Made by a program: the position numbers and the translations under genes. This document shows, in pieces, positions 38,038 to 49,693 of a DNA stretch of 64,000 nucleotides. The stretch is from Macrostomum lignano (Eukaryota). Below the pieces are notes generated by a model, which worked only from the letters and a program-made list of their open reading frames with translations, did not search any database and was not told where the DNA came from. Location: positions 1-64,000 of the forward strand of contig NIVC01000640.1 in the NCBI GenBank assembly GCA_002269645.1, read 5' to 3'. Position 1 is the stretch's first letter. Every line of letters begins with the position of its first letter.

Positions 38038-41000
38038 ATGCAGGCTCCGCGGAAGCACGCCAGAACGCAGCAATTCGCCATCGTGCACAACCAGAATGGA
38101 GAGAGGGTGTCTTTGCCGTTGGGCGGCGCTGCGGCACTGCAGTTCGCCCCGCTTTCTGCCTCGATAAGACACGTCAGCGTGCCGTTCGAGGCGAACTATC
38201 CCGACAGGCTGCACCCGTTGGGAGGCGGGCAGCGACCCGGGGCGAGACTGAAACCTCTTGGCGGGCTGGAGACGAACAGCGCCAGTGGTAACGGGATACA
38301 GGCTGCGGATTTTCTATATTTGGTTTGTGATATGACACTGTTAGCTAGAGACGGATCAAGGCGACAGTCAACCCGTGACATTGTTAGCTAGAGACCGATT
38401 GAGGCGATAGTCAACCCGTGACATTGTTAGCTATAGAGACCAATCGAGGCGACAGTCGACCCGTGACATTGTTAGCTATAGAGACCAATCGAGGCGACAG
38501 TCGACCCGTGACATTGTTAGCTAGAGACCAATCGAGGCGACAGTCGACCCGTGACATTGTTAGCTATAGAGACCAATCGAGGCGACAGTCGACCCGTGAC
38601 ATTGTTAGCTAGAGACCAATCGAGGCGACAGTCGATCCGCAACTTTCCAATTTCAATAGCAATAAGGAAAATCAAAATACTTAGCAATACTTAGCAATTG
38701 CTAAGATTTTTAGATAAAAAATATATTCAGAATAAAGTTTAAGCAGGTCAAGTTTCAGCCCAATCCATCAATCCAGTGCAGAGAAAACTGTTTGTAGTCC
38801 GGGAGACCTTTCTGGACCACCCTGTGTATTTCATAACTTAATGGACAATTTTATACCGTCTGCTATTTAATACGATCATGTGAAACTAATATAAGTTAGG
38901 TTTGACCGTTTGAGGCGGTTTGTCGAATGAAATTCAGGAAGAATGCTGTGGGAGACTGTTAATCCGCAAAGTTATCGAGTGTTATATGATCGCACTGATC
39001 GGGAAGATTTTACCTAAGGACTCGTGTCATGTTGTTCACAGCCCTCATATAAATATTCCCTGCCACTCTTCAGCTATCTTAGCCGTCGACTCGACGAGGC
39101 CAGTAGAAGTTATCACAGAGCGAGCTCCGACGGCGGCGGCTCGAACTCCCGCCAAAGCGAAGAAAACGAAATCGGCGACAAGAACTCCGTCTCAGCTGGC
39201 AGCTCCAGAAAATGAGTTGCCGGAAATTCGCAGAGCTAATGAAAGTCAATACGAAGCATTCGAGTTCGTCCCTGAAGACACATCGATAGAAGCCGAAAGG
39301 CCGGCCACGCCAGAGGCAGCTACAGACGATACAACTCGACTGCCGCCGCCTCCGTCACCTCCGAAAGACAAAAAGCTTGTCGAACAGCGTGTTGAGGCCA
39401 GCGATATCTGCGGTCCCTGCAAGCGACGGCAGAAGTGCAGCGACGCTACTGAGGCCGATGGCGCAGCCCGAGCTGCCGAGAGGGAGGCCAAGAAGCGTCG
39501 CGAACGAGAAGCCGATCGACTTCTGCTGGAGTTTTCAAAAGCCAAAGAGCAAGAGTTAGTTCTTGCTGAGAAGGTGAGTCTCACTCCAGTCCGTCTAGAA
39601 CTCTATCTGATTTTCAGATGAAAAACAGCTGACTTGAATCGTAGAACAAGGCCATTTTATTCAGATAATACCACTTACTGTCATGATGAAAATCACAGAC
39701 TGCTCAGCAGGCGAAGCGCGCGGAGGCTGCCCGGGTGTCCACCTACAACCGGAGCGCCGCCGAGGCTGGCATGAGCGCCGGTACCAGAAAAGCGGACGGT
39801 GGACCGATGTACATCTTCAGCGATCGGCCGAGAACTCCGCCAAGGCTGGTGCGCGAGGCGACCTTCGGCGCTGAGCTGGTGCGCCAAATTTCTGATAGGC
39901 GCGCGGAGAAGCTGCGCCGCTCAACCGAAGCCGCCAGCCGGTCTCGAATGGAGGCGGCGCAGGCGGCGCAGGCCGCTGCGGAAGAGCGAGCGCGCCAGCG
40001 AGCCGAGCGACTCGATCGGGCGGAGCGCTATCAGCGCGCACTGTCGGTCCAGCTGCGCCAGCGTCCGGCGCCGCTCCCAGCGCGCTTGCCGGATTCTTCT
40101 GTTCCGGTGTTTGGCGACGCCGTTGCCGCCGGCGAGGACGAAGAGGACAAGGCCAGGCGGAAGAAGGCCGCCGAAGAGACCGCGCGGCAGCAGCTGAAAG
40201 CAGTGGAAGACCGGCGCCGGCAAGAGCTGTTGCGCCGCGCCGCTGAGCAGCGCCGCGAGGAGTCTGCTCTCCGCCGCGCCAAGGAAGAGTGAGTAGAACT
40301 GGATGGGCCTTGACTCAGACAGTGTAAACTCTCTATGCCTTAAGAGGGGGGGATTCGCTGCTTGCCTGATTTGCCTCGCCACGCTTTGATCAGAAATCTA
40401 GATTTTCCATTGTCTATGGCGCATCATCTATTGTCTATGGCGCATCGTCTATTGTCTATGGCGCATCGTCCATTGTCTATGCCGCATCGTCCATTGTCTA
40501 TGGCGCATCGTCCATTGTCTATGGCGCATCGTCCATTGTGTATGGCGCATTGTCTATTATCGTCGATTGTCTATGTGGGTGGCAGCCTAGTGGTTAGAGC
40601 GTCCGACTCGCCACTGAAAGGTCGGGGGTTCGATTCTCGACCCACTCAAGAATTTGTGTCCTTGAGCGAGGTACTTAACTCTGCATTGCTTCAGTTCACC
40701 CAGCTGTAAAATGGGTGCCAGCATTAGGTGGGGTAATTGAGGCTGTGTGAGGAGACTTCCCAGTCGTACGCAGCCTTCAGATGCGCCGCGCAATACTAAG
40801 GTGTACAATTGTACAGTAATTCTGACTTTCTTTTTTGTGGAAAATAATTGGTGTGGGTCTTTAACTTTGTAGTGACGAATTTACAGTGAGGTGAATTCAT
40901 AGTTATTCACACCATCGGATAATCGGTCAGGATTTCGATTATCCGATATTGATCAGAAAAACTTATAAAACGCTGTGCAGCTAATATCGCTGCCAACCTT

Positions 41001-42485
41001 GATAAACAGGATTGACAGGTCGTAATATCTTCAAAGTACTACTAGAATCAAGTAGTAAAGTTAGAGTAAATGCAGATATGAGATGCACATATTCACTTTT
41101 TCGCGTACCATTAAGTAGTGCTGGGTTGCAACTTTCAAGTTGCCAAGACCTTTTGTCGTGGGAAGCCTTCAAGCTTAGTATGCAAAGTGGAGGAGTGGAA
41201 AATTGACAGTGAGTGAGAAGAATAGGCGTCCCAGTGCCAGTGAACTCAACTGAACTCAGCTCAACCTTGGGTGTAACGAGGAACAGGCCTCCCTACAAAA
41301 CAATTTTATCCGTATGAATTCTTCATGACTTGGCCAGCTATTTTTGCTTATAAGAAGAGAAAGTGGAGAGATCCACATCTTTTAGTATCTCTCTTTTCCA
41401 TGATGTATCGATTTCCTTTTGGCTGCACTGTATCTGCTTCAGTGAAGCCCAAAATTATTTTGTTCTTTGAATTCTGAGCGGCTCTTCAAAAAGATCTCTC
41501 CTTTCCGTGACGCAAGGAAGCCTCTCGCTTGTAAAAAAGGTCCCAGAGAGTCCTTTGGTGGGTAAGAAGGCTGTGAAAAACTTACATGCGATAGCGCAAC
41601 TGTAGCTTAATGAGTCAGTTTCTTGGGATTCCCGAAGCTTAATGAGCCAGTTTGTTGGGATTCCCGAAGCTTAATGAGCCAATTTGTTGGGATTCCCGAA
41701 GCTTAATGAGCCAGTTTTTTGGGATTCCCGAAGCTTAATGAGCCAGTTTCTTGGGATTCCCGAAGCTTAATGAGCCAGTTTGTTGGGATTCCCGAAGCTT
41801 AATGAGCCAGTTTGTTGGGATTCCCGAAGCTTAATGAGCCAGTTTCTTGGGATTCCCGAAGCTTAATGAGCCAATTTCTTGGGATTCCCGAAGCTTAATG
41901 AGCCCTGTTTGCTTGAAGATAATTTCTGAAGCTTCTTGCTGTTACATTCTTAAATTACAGAGTTTGTTCAGCTTTGTGGGTTTTCCATGACCTGTAGGGA
42001 CTTCCCCTGATTATACTAGGATTCCCCTGCTTTTTGGAATTCCCTAAACTTTGGGGATTTCCAAGGATTATACTAGCATTTTAATGCTTTCTAGGATTTC
42101 CCTAATCAGTTGGGATTCCCACAGAGTATACTAGGATTCCCCTTTTGGGATTTCGTAAGTTCGAGTTTAATTTATTGTTTACTATTAATTATAATTACTA
42201 TTATCAAAACCCTTTACCAGCTTCGTCCGCGACCGCGCCGCTCGCTACGCCCGCACCATCCAGACGGAGCGCCAGCTGCAACAGCATTGGGAGCTGGCTG
42301 CACAGGCCAAGCGCGAGCGGGACTACCAGGAGCTGCAGCTGCGCCGCTCTGACGGCGGCGGTCGCGGCGGCCTGCTGCCGTTGGACCACGCGGACTGCAT
42401 CGTCGGAGCCTGCCGGGTCTGCCATCGAGGCCTGAACAACGAGGGCCGGAGCTACCTGGTGCCCGGGAGTCGCTTTATTGCTTGA
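38038..42485 (+). CDS. CCDC81-like coiled-coil protein; exons 38038-38287, 39074-39573, 39699-40288, 42221-42485 (1605 nt, ~534 aa)
   Basis: GT-AG junctions with consistent phases. E/R/A-rich coiled coil; C-terminus QQHWELAAQAKRERD...CIVGACRVCHRGLNN...YLVPGSRFIA* resembles the CCDC81 C-terminus (CxxC then PGSR). Family call is from recall; exon 1 and the exon 2-3 junction are least certain. Confidence 0.6.
38330..38640. repeat. Minisatellite, 43-45 bp unit GACATTGTTAGCTAGAGACCAATCGAGGCGACAGTCGACCCGT
   Basis: About seven tandem units in intron 1 of the CCDC81-like gene. Confidence 0.94.
40405..40575. repeat. Minisatellite, 21-bp unit CCATTGTCTATGGCGCATCGT
   Basis: About eight units abutting SINE copy B. 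Confidence 0.93.
40577..40795 (+). mobile_element. tRNA-derived SINE family 1, copy B (3'-truncated)
   Basis: Aligns by eye to 4871-5100: CCTAGTGGTTAG...GTTCGATT...CTTCAGTTCACCCAGCTGTAAAATGGGTGCCAGCATTAG. Confidence 0.85.
41600..41910. repeat. Minisatellite, 32-bp unit GGGATTCCCGAAGCTTAATGAGCCAGTTTGTT
   Basis: About nine tandem units. Confidence 0.95.
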
Positions 42486-42584
42486 GAGACCGGGATGGTC
42501 TGGCGTCTGGCGACTTATTCAAGACTGAGGCCTGGGATATTGGGATTTCCATATGGTTTGCTGATTGGGAGTTTCTTTGAAAAC

Positions 42585-42825
42585 AGCTGTAGCTTCCCTA
42601 GCTATTTGGGGATTCCCTTTGGAATCTTGGGAATTCCTTTGCAATAGGCTTTAGCTTCGGAATTCCCTTACAATCAGCTGTAGCTTGGGAATTCCCTTGC
42701 AATAGGCTGTAGCTTCGGAATTCCCTTGAAATCAGATGTAGCTTGAGAATTTCCTTGCAACCGGCTGTGGCTTGGGAATTCCCTTGCAATCGGCTGTAGC
42801 TTGGGAATTTCCTTGATTCTGTAGT
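42585..42825. repeat. Degenerate ~29-30 bp minisatellite GGGAATTCCCTTGCAATCGGCTGTAGCTT
   Basis: About eight diverged units downstream of the CCDC81-like stop. Confidence 0.8.
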
Positions 42826-43739
42826 GGTGTGCAGGTGCAAGATTAGTTTGAGAAAAAATTCTGAAAACAGAAATAGCAAATTAGATTTCAGTCTCCGATG
42901 AGATTTATTGCTTTCGTTTTACTTTACCTTGACATTGGAGTTACCTTTATTTTCACCGTTGGTTACTATTAATAGATGTGCCAGTAAACGCTAAAGCCAA
43001 CCCTAAAAATATGAGTTGTTATTTTCAAATTCTACGGTAATTGAACAGCCCATTTCCTCTAAGGCTTCAAGTGAGGAGTGCTGCGGCTCCAGATTTTTTT
43101 GCTAAGAAACCAAAAAGACCTGCCTTGGCCATGCCGGGTGAAGTTTCGTGATGCAAGACAGTTTTACGGATTAACATCATTATCTAATTAATGATCAGTC
43201 ACTGCTCAAAGCAGAAATCTAAGACCGCCCAACTGTCTTCTGTCCTCAGCGCCGCCCTGCCCTGCCTCTTGGCTGCATCTTCTTTAGCAGAAACTCGACA
43301 CCGCCCTGCAGCCCTTCTTCCCCCCTCTCTCTTTTCTTTAAATCAATAATTCTCTTCCCGTTGCTTCTCGGCCGCTATGGCGGAGCTGCTGCTGCAGCAG
43401 CTTCCGTTGCAATTGTTCTGCCAATTTTATTCTCCCATCCCAAGCCCCCAACTGGCAGAGTTAACAGAGCTGAGCCACAGGTTTCAGCTCCTGTACGGTA
43501 TTTTCTTCTCAGATCAGTGCGCAATAGTGCTGCTTCAAATTTTTGCCTTTGCCTCCCAAGCAGTTTTTTGTCCGCTAACAATACAAGTTTGCTTTCAGAC
43601 CGAAGCTGATGGTCTTGTTTTTAACTCGCGCGTCGTTTCATGCGTGCTTTTCTTTTTTTTGTTAGTGCTCTCTGTTCAAATTGGACCTTTCGAAAGTTTG
43701 AACAGTAACCTTCAGCTTTCAAGATTTAGCGCCAACTTA

Positions 43740-44372
43740 CAGCAGGTTTGGCACCCCCTTTACAGCGGGTTTGGCGCCCCCTTTACAGCAGGTTTGGCGC
43801 CCCCTTACACAGCAGGTTTGGCGCCCCCTTACACACCAGGTTTGGCGCCCCCTTACACACCAGGTTTGGCGCCCCCTTACACACCAGGTTTGGCGCCCCC
43901 TTACACAACCAGGTTTGGCGCCCCCTTACACACCAGGTTTGGCGCCCCCTTACACACCAGGTTTGGCGCCCCCTTACACACCAGGTTTGGCGCCCCCTTA
44001 CACAACCAGGTTTGGCGCCCCCTTACACACCAGGTTTGGCGCCCCCTTACACACCAGGTTTGGCGCCCCCTTACACACCAGGTTTGGCGCCCCCTTACAC
44101 ACCAGGTTTGGCGCCCCCTTACACACCAGGTTTGGCGCCCCCTTACACACCAGGTTTGGCGCCCCTTACACACCAGGTTTGGCGCCCCCTTACACACCAG
44201 GTTTGGCGCCCCCTTACACACCAGGTTTGGCGCCTCTATTACAACAGGTTTGGCGCCCCCCTTACAGCAGGTTTAGCGCCCCCATAACAGTAGGTTTTAC
44301 GCCCCCTACACACCAGGTTTGGCGCCCCTTTTACAGCAGGTTTGGCGCCCAGATTACAGCAGGTTTGGCGCC
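43740..44372. repeat. Minisatellite, 24-25 bp unit CAGGTTTGGCGCCCCCTTACACAC
   Basis: Tandem unit read directly. Confidence 0.96.
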
Positions 44373-44734
44373 CAAAGACGGAACGCCTCTCGCGTCTTTA
44401 AAAGATCAAAAAATACTGGCTGGCTGAATCAAGACGGAACAGGATTTTCTGCAGAAATGCGTCCTAAACAGGCTTTCAGATGTTTCAAAGGCTAACAGCA
44501 AAAAACTGATACAACCGAACAAAGAGAGCTCTGTCCTAGCCGAGAGAAATTCAATATTGAGTCGCTTTGATCTCGATCAAGAGGAAACTTGATCGCCAAA
44601 ATTAAATTAACGTCGCTCTGCTGCTAAAAAAACAGATTTTTTTGTTCCAATTTTTTCCGATTCGCCTTCATCTCATTATTTATATCATAAAGTTGTCATT
44701 TATCTGACTGCAAGCTGACTGACTAGATTATAAT

Positions 44735-45044
44735 AAATAACATTTAATTACACCCGTCCCAATTGGGCCAGGTGTGCAACTGACAGCTCAGCCGCAGCTA
44801 TTGCGCGGCGCATCTGAAGGCTGCGTACGGCTGTTCAGTCCAAGGACTGGGGGGGGGGGGTCGCCACACACAGCCTGAATTACCCCAGCTAATGCTGGCA
44901 CCCATTTTACAGCTGGGTGAACTGAAGCAATGCAGAGTTAAGTGTCTTCTTGCTCAAGGGCACAAATTGTTCCGAGTGGGTCAAGAATCGAACCCCCGAC
45001 CATCGAGTCGTGAGTCCGATGCTGTAACCACTACAACCTCCCGC
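44735..45044 (-). mobile_element. tRNA-derived SINE family 1, copy C
   Basis: Reverse complement of the copy A head and body, including CCCATTTTACAGCTGGGTGAACTGAAGCAATGCAGAGTTAAGTGT. Confidence 0.85.
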
Positions 45045-45723
45045 TACAAAAGCATTAAAGCACTAAAATATAGGGGCATTCTGGGGTATAATAAATTTAT
45101 AACCAACCCCCCTATCGGTATAGATAAGGCATTTCCGCTTCATTCGAAACCGGTTCTCAATGACCTTCGCCAGCTAACCAATTTTAGAACGCCTCTCCAT
45201 CTTCGCCCCTTTAGCTTATCTGCCACCACCGGATTTCATCGCGACTGCCAACTGACGGCTTTCAAGCTTTGACAACACTGTGGACGGCCGAGTTGCCACT
45301 GCGCTGTCACCCGACACCCGGACGACTGTAAGCTACTCGTGAGCTGCTTCCACTCTAAATTCCACACTTCTTCTCGGTGGGTAGAAATAGAGGGGGAAGG
45401 GTGAGAAGGGAAAAATCTGCTCAACAGGTGGCCTCTGTTTCTCGTATGGTTCGAATTTGGGGAAACTTAAAACTGCTAATGGCTTTTGAATTGCGCAGTA
45501 GCTGAGCCGGCTTAGTGAGATATGTACGATTGTTAATTCTGTAAAGCATTGAGCTTCTCTCCGCCATACCACGGATCATTTGAATAAAGTACTTGCGTAG
45601 TAGAATGTCTCTGTCCTAAATGGGCAGGTAATTCTGTGCTAATAGACACCTCGCCCGAATAGAAACTGTGCCCCTGTGTACAACCAAAGTATAGAATACA
45701 ACACGTATAACCACTGGGCGCAG

Positions 45724-46025
45724 TGTACCCCATAGACACCGTACCCCATAGACACTGTACCCCATAGACACTGTACCCCATAGACACTGTACCACATAGA
45801 CACTGTACCCCATAGACACTGTACCCCATAGACACTGTACCCCATAGACACCGTACCCCATAGACACTGTACCCCATAAACACTGTACTCCATATACACT
45901 GTACCCCATAGACACTGTACCCCATAAACACTGTACCCCATAAACACTGTACTCCATATACACTGTACACCAGAGACACTGTACCCCATAGACACTGTAC
46001 CCCATAGATACTGTACCCCATAGAC
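45724..46025 (-). repeat. 16-bp minisatellite CATAGACACTGTACCC (reverse orientation of the array at 46544)
   Basis: About 19 units. Confidence 0.95.
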
Positions 46026-46543
46026 CTGGAAGCCAAAGCAGACTTTCAGGAGCTTGTAAAAAAAATTTTCTGACTTAAGAAGTTAAGGAAGCAAAAATGA
46101 TTTAGAAAACCTTTTACGGGCGGGGTTACAGTAACATGACAGTCTGTCGCTGCACGCTGTCGAGTCAAAAGACCTTGCGCTTTCAGAAGTCAGCATGGCT
46201 GATCAGGTGTCTAATTTATAAAAGCGAATTTAAGCATTCACACGATATCCGTGAAATGCAGAAAAATTGCTTGGATTCTAGGAACTTCCTTTTATAGAAA
46301 AGTTTTCCTGTTAGAAATCCTGTGGCCTGCCGGGAGTCCTGTTCCAAACTTCTCTGCCTCCGCTTGAAGCCCGACGTGATTCTCAGCAGGAAATCGAAAC
46401 CGAGCAAAACCATTTTGTTGTTAAGGAAAACTCGAGCATCTGTGGGAGGTGACATTTCTTCTCAACTTTTTTCGATTTTTCAAACGGTTTCCAGTTTGAG
46501 CGTGTCACAGTGCCTGTGAAGGGGTAGATGAGATGGTAGCTCG

Positions 46544-47276
46544 TATGGGGTACAGTGTATCTGGTATACAGTGTCTATGGGGTACAGTGTCTCTGGGGTA
46601 CAGTGTCTATGGGGTACAGTGTCTATGGGGTACAGTGTCTATGGGGTACAGTGTCTATGGGGTACAGTGTCTATGGGGTACAGTGTCTATGGGGTACAGT
46701 GTCTATGGGGTACAGTGTCTATGGGGTACAGTGTCTATGGGGTACAGTGTCTATGGGGTACAGTGTCTATGGGGTACAGTGTCTATGGGGTACAGTGTCT
46801 ATGGGGTACAGTGTCTATGGGGTACAGTGTCTATGGGGTACAGTGTCTATGGGGTACAGTGTCTATGGGGTACAGTGTCTATGGGGTACAGTGTCTATGG
46901 GGTACAGTGTCTATGGGGTACAGTGTCTATGGGGTACAGTGTCTATGGGGTACAGTGTCTATGGGGTACAGTGTCTATGGGGTACAGTGTCTATGGGGTA
47001 CAGTGTCTATGGGGTACAGTGTCTATGGGGTACAGTGTCTATGGGGTACAGTGTCTATGGGGTACAGTGTCTATGGGGTACAGTGTCTATGGGGTACAGT
47101 GTCTATGGGGTACAGTGTCTATGGGGTACAGTGTCTATGGGGTACAGTGTCTATGGGGTACAGTGTCTATGGGGTACAGTGTCTATGGGGTACAGTGTCT
47201 ATGGGATACAGTGTCTATGGGGTACAGTGTCTATGGGGTACAGTGTCTATGGGGTACAGTGTCTATGGGGTACAGT
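46544..47276 (+). repeat. 16-bp minisatellite GGGTACAGTGTCTATG
   Basis: About 45 nearly identical units. Confidence 0.97.
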
Positions 47277-47989
47277 ATTAAGGGTATTAAGACTATTTAG
47301 TATTAAGAGTATTAAGACTATTAAGACGTAGACTATCTCTTAGAGCAATAAATGCGGTCAAGCAGCAGTGGACTTTTTCCCACTCCAAACGCAATTCATA
47401 TCATATAATGCTTGCTCCGATAGCTGGTCTCAGTCAGAGAGTGCAGCAATCGCAGTGGGAGGCAGCATGCTGCTGTTTAATAAACGGAAGCATTCGTTCG
47501 GCATTGGTCGGTCGTCCAATATATTTTATGCCAATTTTACATTGTTGATGGCAGGGGCAGTAATATAGATATTTTTGGTGCTAGAAGTGGGGCAGCTCTT
47601 GTTTTATCTTAGCCGCCTGCATGGCTTGACCCGGCGTAACCTGGAGACTTTGCCGATAATATTTTATCCAATACAATATACGAAAAGGCATTACTGCGTT
47701 AGATTAATGCGTCTGTTACGAGCGTAATTAAAGACGTGACTTTTGTTTATAATATTGTATATTTAGCTAATTTAAAAGACCAACTTATGTGCAAGCTGAA
47801 CAAAAATAAAATCTTAGCAAGATGTTCTTTCAATAACAGACTGAAATATTTGCTTTGCTGACAGGAGAGACAGATATAAACAGGGAGAGGTGTTAAGAAT
47901 CAGTCAAACTGACATAATTTTTTTAACAAATGAACACTTTTGAAGTATAAAGTTTAGTACAAAAACGATAGGAGGGGTACATAGAGAGA

Positions 47990-48940
47990 CATAGAAAGGG
48001 GAGACACAGAGAGGAGAGACACAGAGAGGGGAGACACAGGAAGGGGGACACAGAGAGGGGAGACACAGAGAGGGGAGATACAGAGAGGGGAGACACAGGA
48101 AGGGGGGCACAGAGAGGGGAGACACAGAGAGGGGAGACACAGAGAGGGGAGATACAGAGAGGGGAGACACAGGAAGGGGGGCACAGAGAGGGGAGACACA
48201 GAGAGGGGAGACACAGAGAGGGGAGACACAGAGAGGGGAGACACAGAGAGGGGAGACACAGGAAGGGGGGCACAGAGAGGGGAGACACAGAGAGGGGAGA
48301 CACAGAGAGGGGAGATACAGAGAGGGGAGACACAGAGAGGGGAGACACAGAGAGGGGAGACACAGAGAGGGGAGACACAGAGAGGGGAGACACAGAGAGG
48401 GGAGACACAGAGAGGGGAGACACAGAGAGGGGAGACACAGAGAGGGGAGACACAGAGAGGGGAGACACAGAGAGGGGAGACACAGAGAGGGGAGACACAG
48501 AGAGGGGAGACACAGAGAGGGGAGACACAGAGAGGGGAGACACAGAGAGGGGAGACACAGAGAGGGGAGACACAGAGAGGGGAGACACAGAGAGGGGAGA
48601 CACAGAGAGGGGAGACACAGAGAGGGGAGACACAGAGAGGGGAGACACAGAGAGGGGAGACACAGGAAGGGGGGCACAGAGAGGGGAGACACAGGGATAA
48701 GAGACACATAGAGGGGAGACACAGAGAGGGGGGACACAGAGAGGGGAGACACAGAGAGGGGAGACACAGAGAGGGGAGACACAGAGAGGGGAGACACAGA
48801 GATGGGAGACACAGAGAGGGGAGACACAGAGAGGGGAGACACAGAGAGGGGGGACACAGAGAGGGGAGACACAGAGAGGGGGGGACACAGAGAGGGGAGA
48901 CACAGAGAGGGGAGACACAGGGGATACGGAGGGAGATACA
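47990..48940. repeat. 15-bp purine-rich minisatellite GAGAGGGGAGACACA
   Basis: Tandem unit read directly. Confidence 0.97.
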
Positions 48941-49693
48941 GAGAGATAGCTACGTACTTGGGGAGATACAGACTGACAGACAGACATGTAGTCTGGGAGG
49001 TACAGATAAAGGACAACGGAGAGGGATACACAAGTATGAGAGTTTGATATTTGAAGGGGGTGAGAAATGCTTATGTGCGCACTGATACAGACTGCAATAC
49101 ACGTGAATATAAAAATAGTTGTAGTCATTGCTATTAAATTCGGATTAAACATGCGCCAAAGTTGTACGCAAACGATTAAAATTTAAAACACGCAACCACA
49201 CAGATTTCGTGAGGCAATGCTGAGTAGGGTGCAAATATTAGAGGGTAGCATTTTTAAGTCCAATGTCCTAAAATCAGCATAAAACGCAAAGCATTACATC
49301 GAATTCATCACTGTCAGAGAACTTAGGCCGGATTTGTACTACCGAGACAAATGACCAACAAGATGAATAAATTTATAAAATCAAGATTTTTCATTGCGAA
49401 GCTGCAGCAGCATCGGCAGCAATGGACAGATTAACTGGGTCACGGGATCACAGGTTTCACAGAGTACATTGAGTAGCCATAGTCCTTAGACTATGACGGC
49501 TGAGTAGAAAGTAGCCATGAAGAATTGATGAAAAAAGAGAAATATTCGCTCATCCAAACTCCACACTGAACAGGCTACAACACTCTGTACATTTAGTTGA
49601 TTGTTTGGTATAAGGTATGTTTCTCTTCATTTCCTGGGAATGCGAAAGCGCTTTTCCCCAGTCTGTTGCTACTTTTAAAAATAAAATTCGAAC

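Noticed and set aside
39619-39660. Extra small exon in the CCDC81-like gene after the TTTTCAG acceptor
   Set aside because: Phase-0 reading gives ATG AAA AAC AGC TGA, an early stop; the 39699 acceptor keeps the frame. A sequencing indel cannot be excluded.
43740-44372. TGGCGCCC as a tRNA-Lys primer-binding site
   Set aside because: Only 8 nt match, it is inside a tandem unit, and there is no adjacent LTR.
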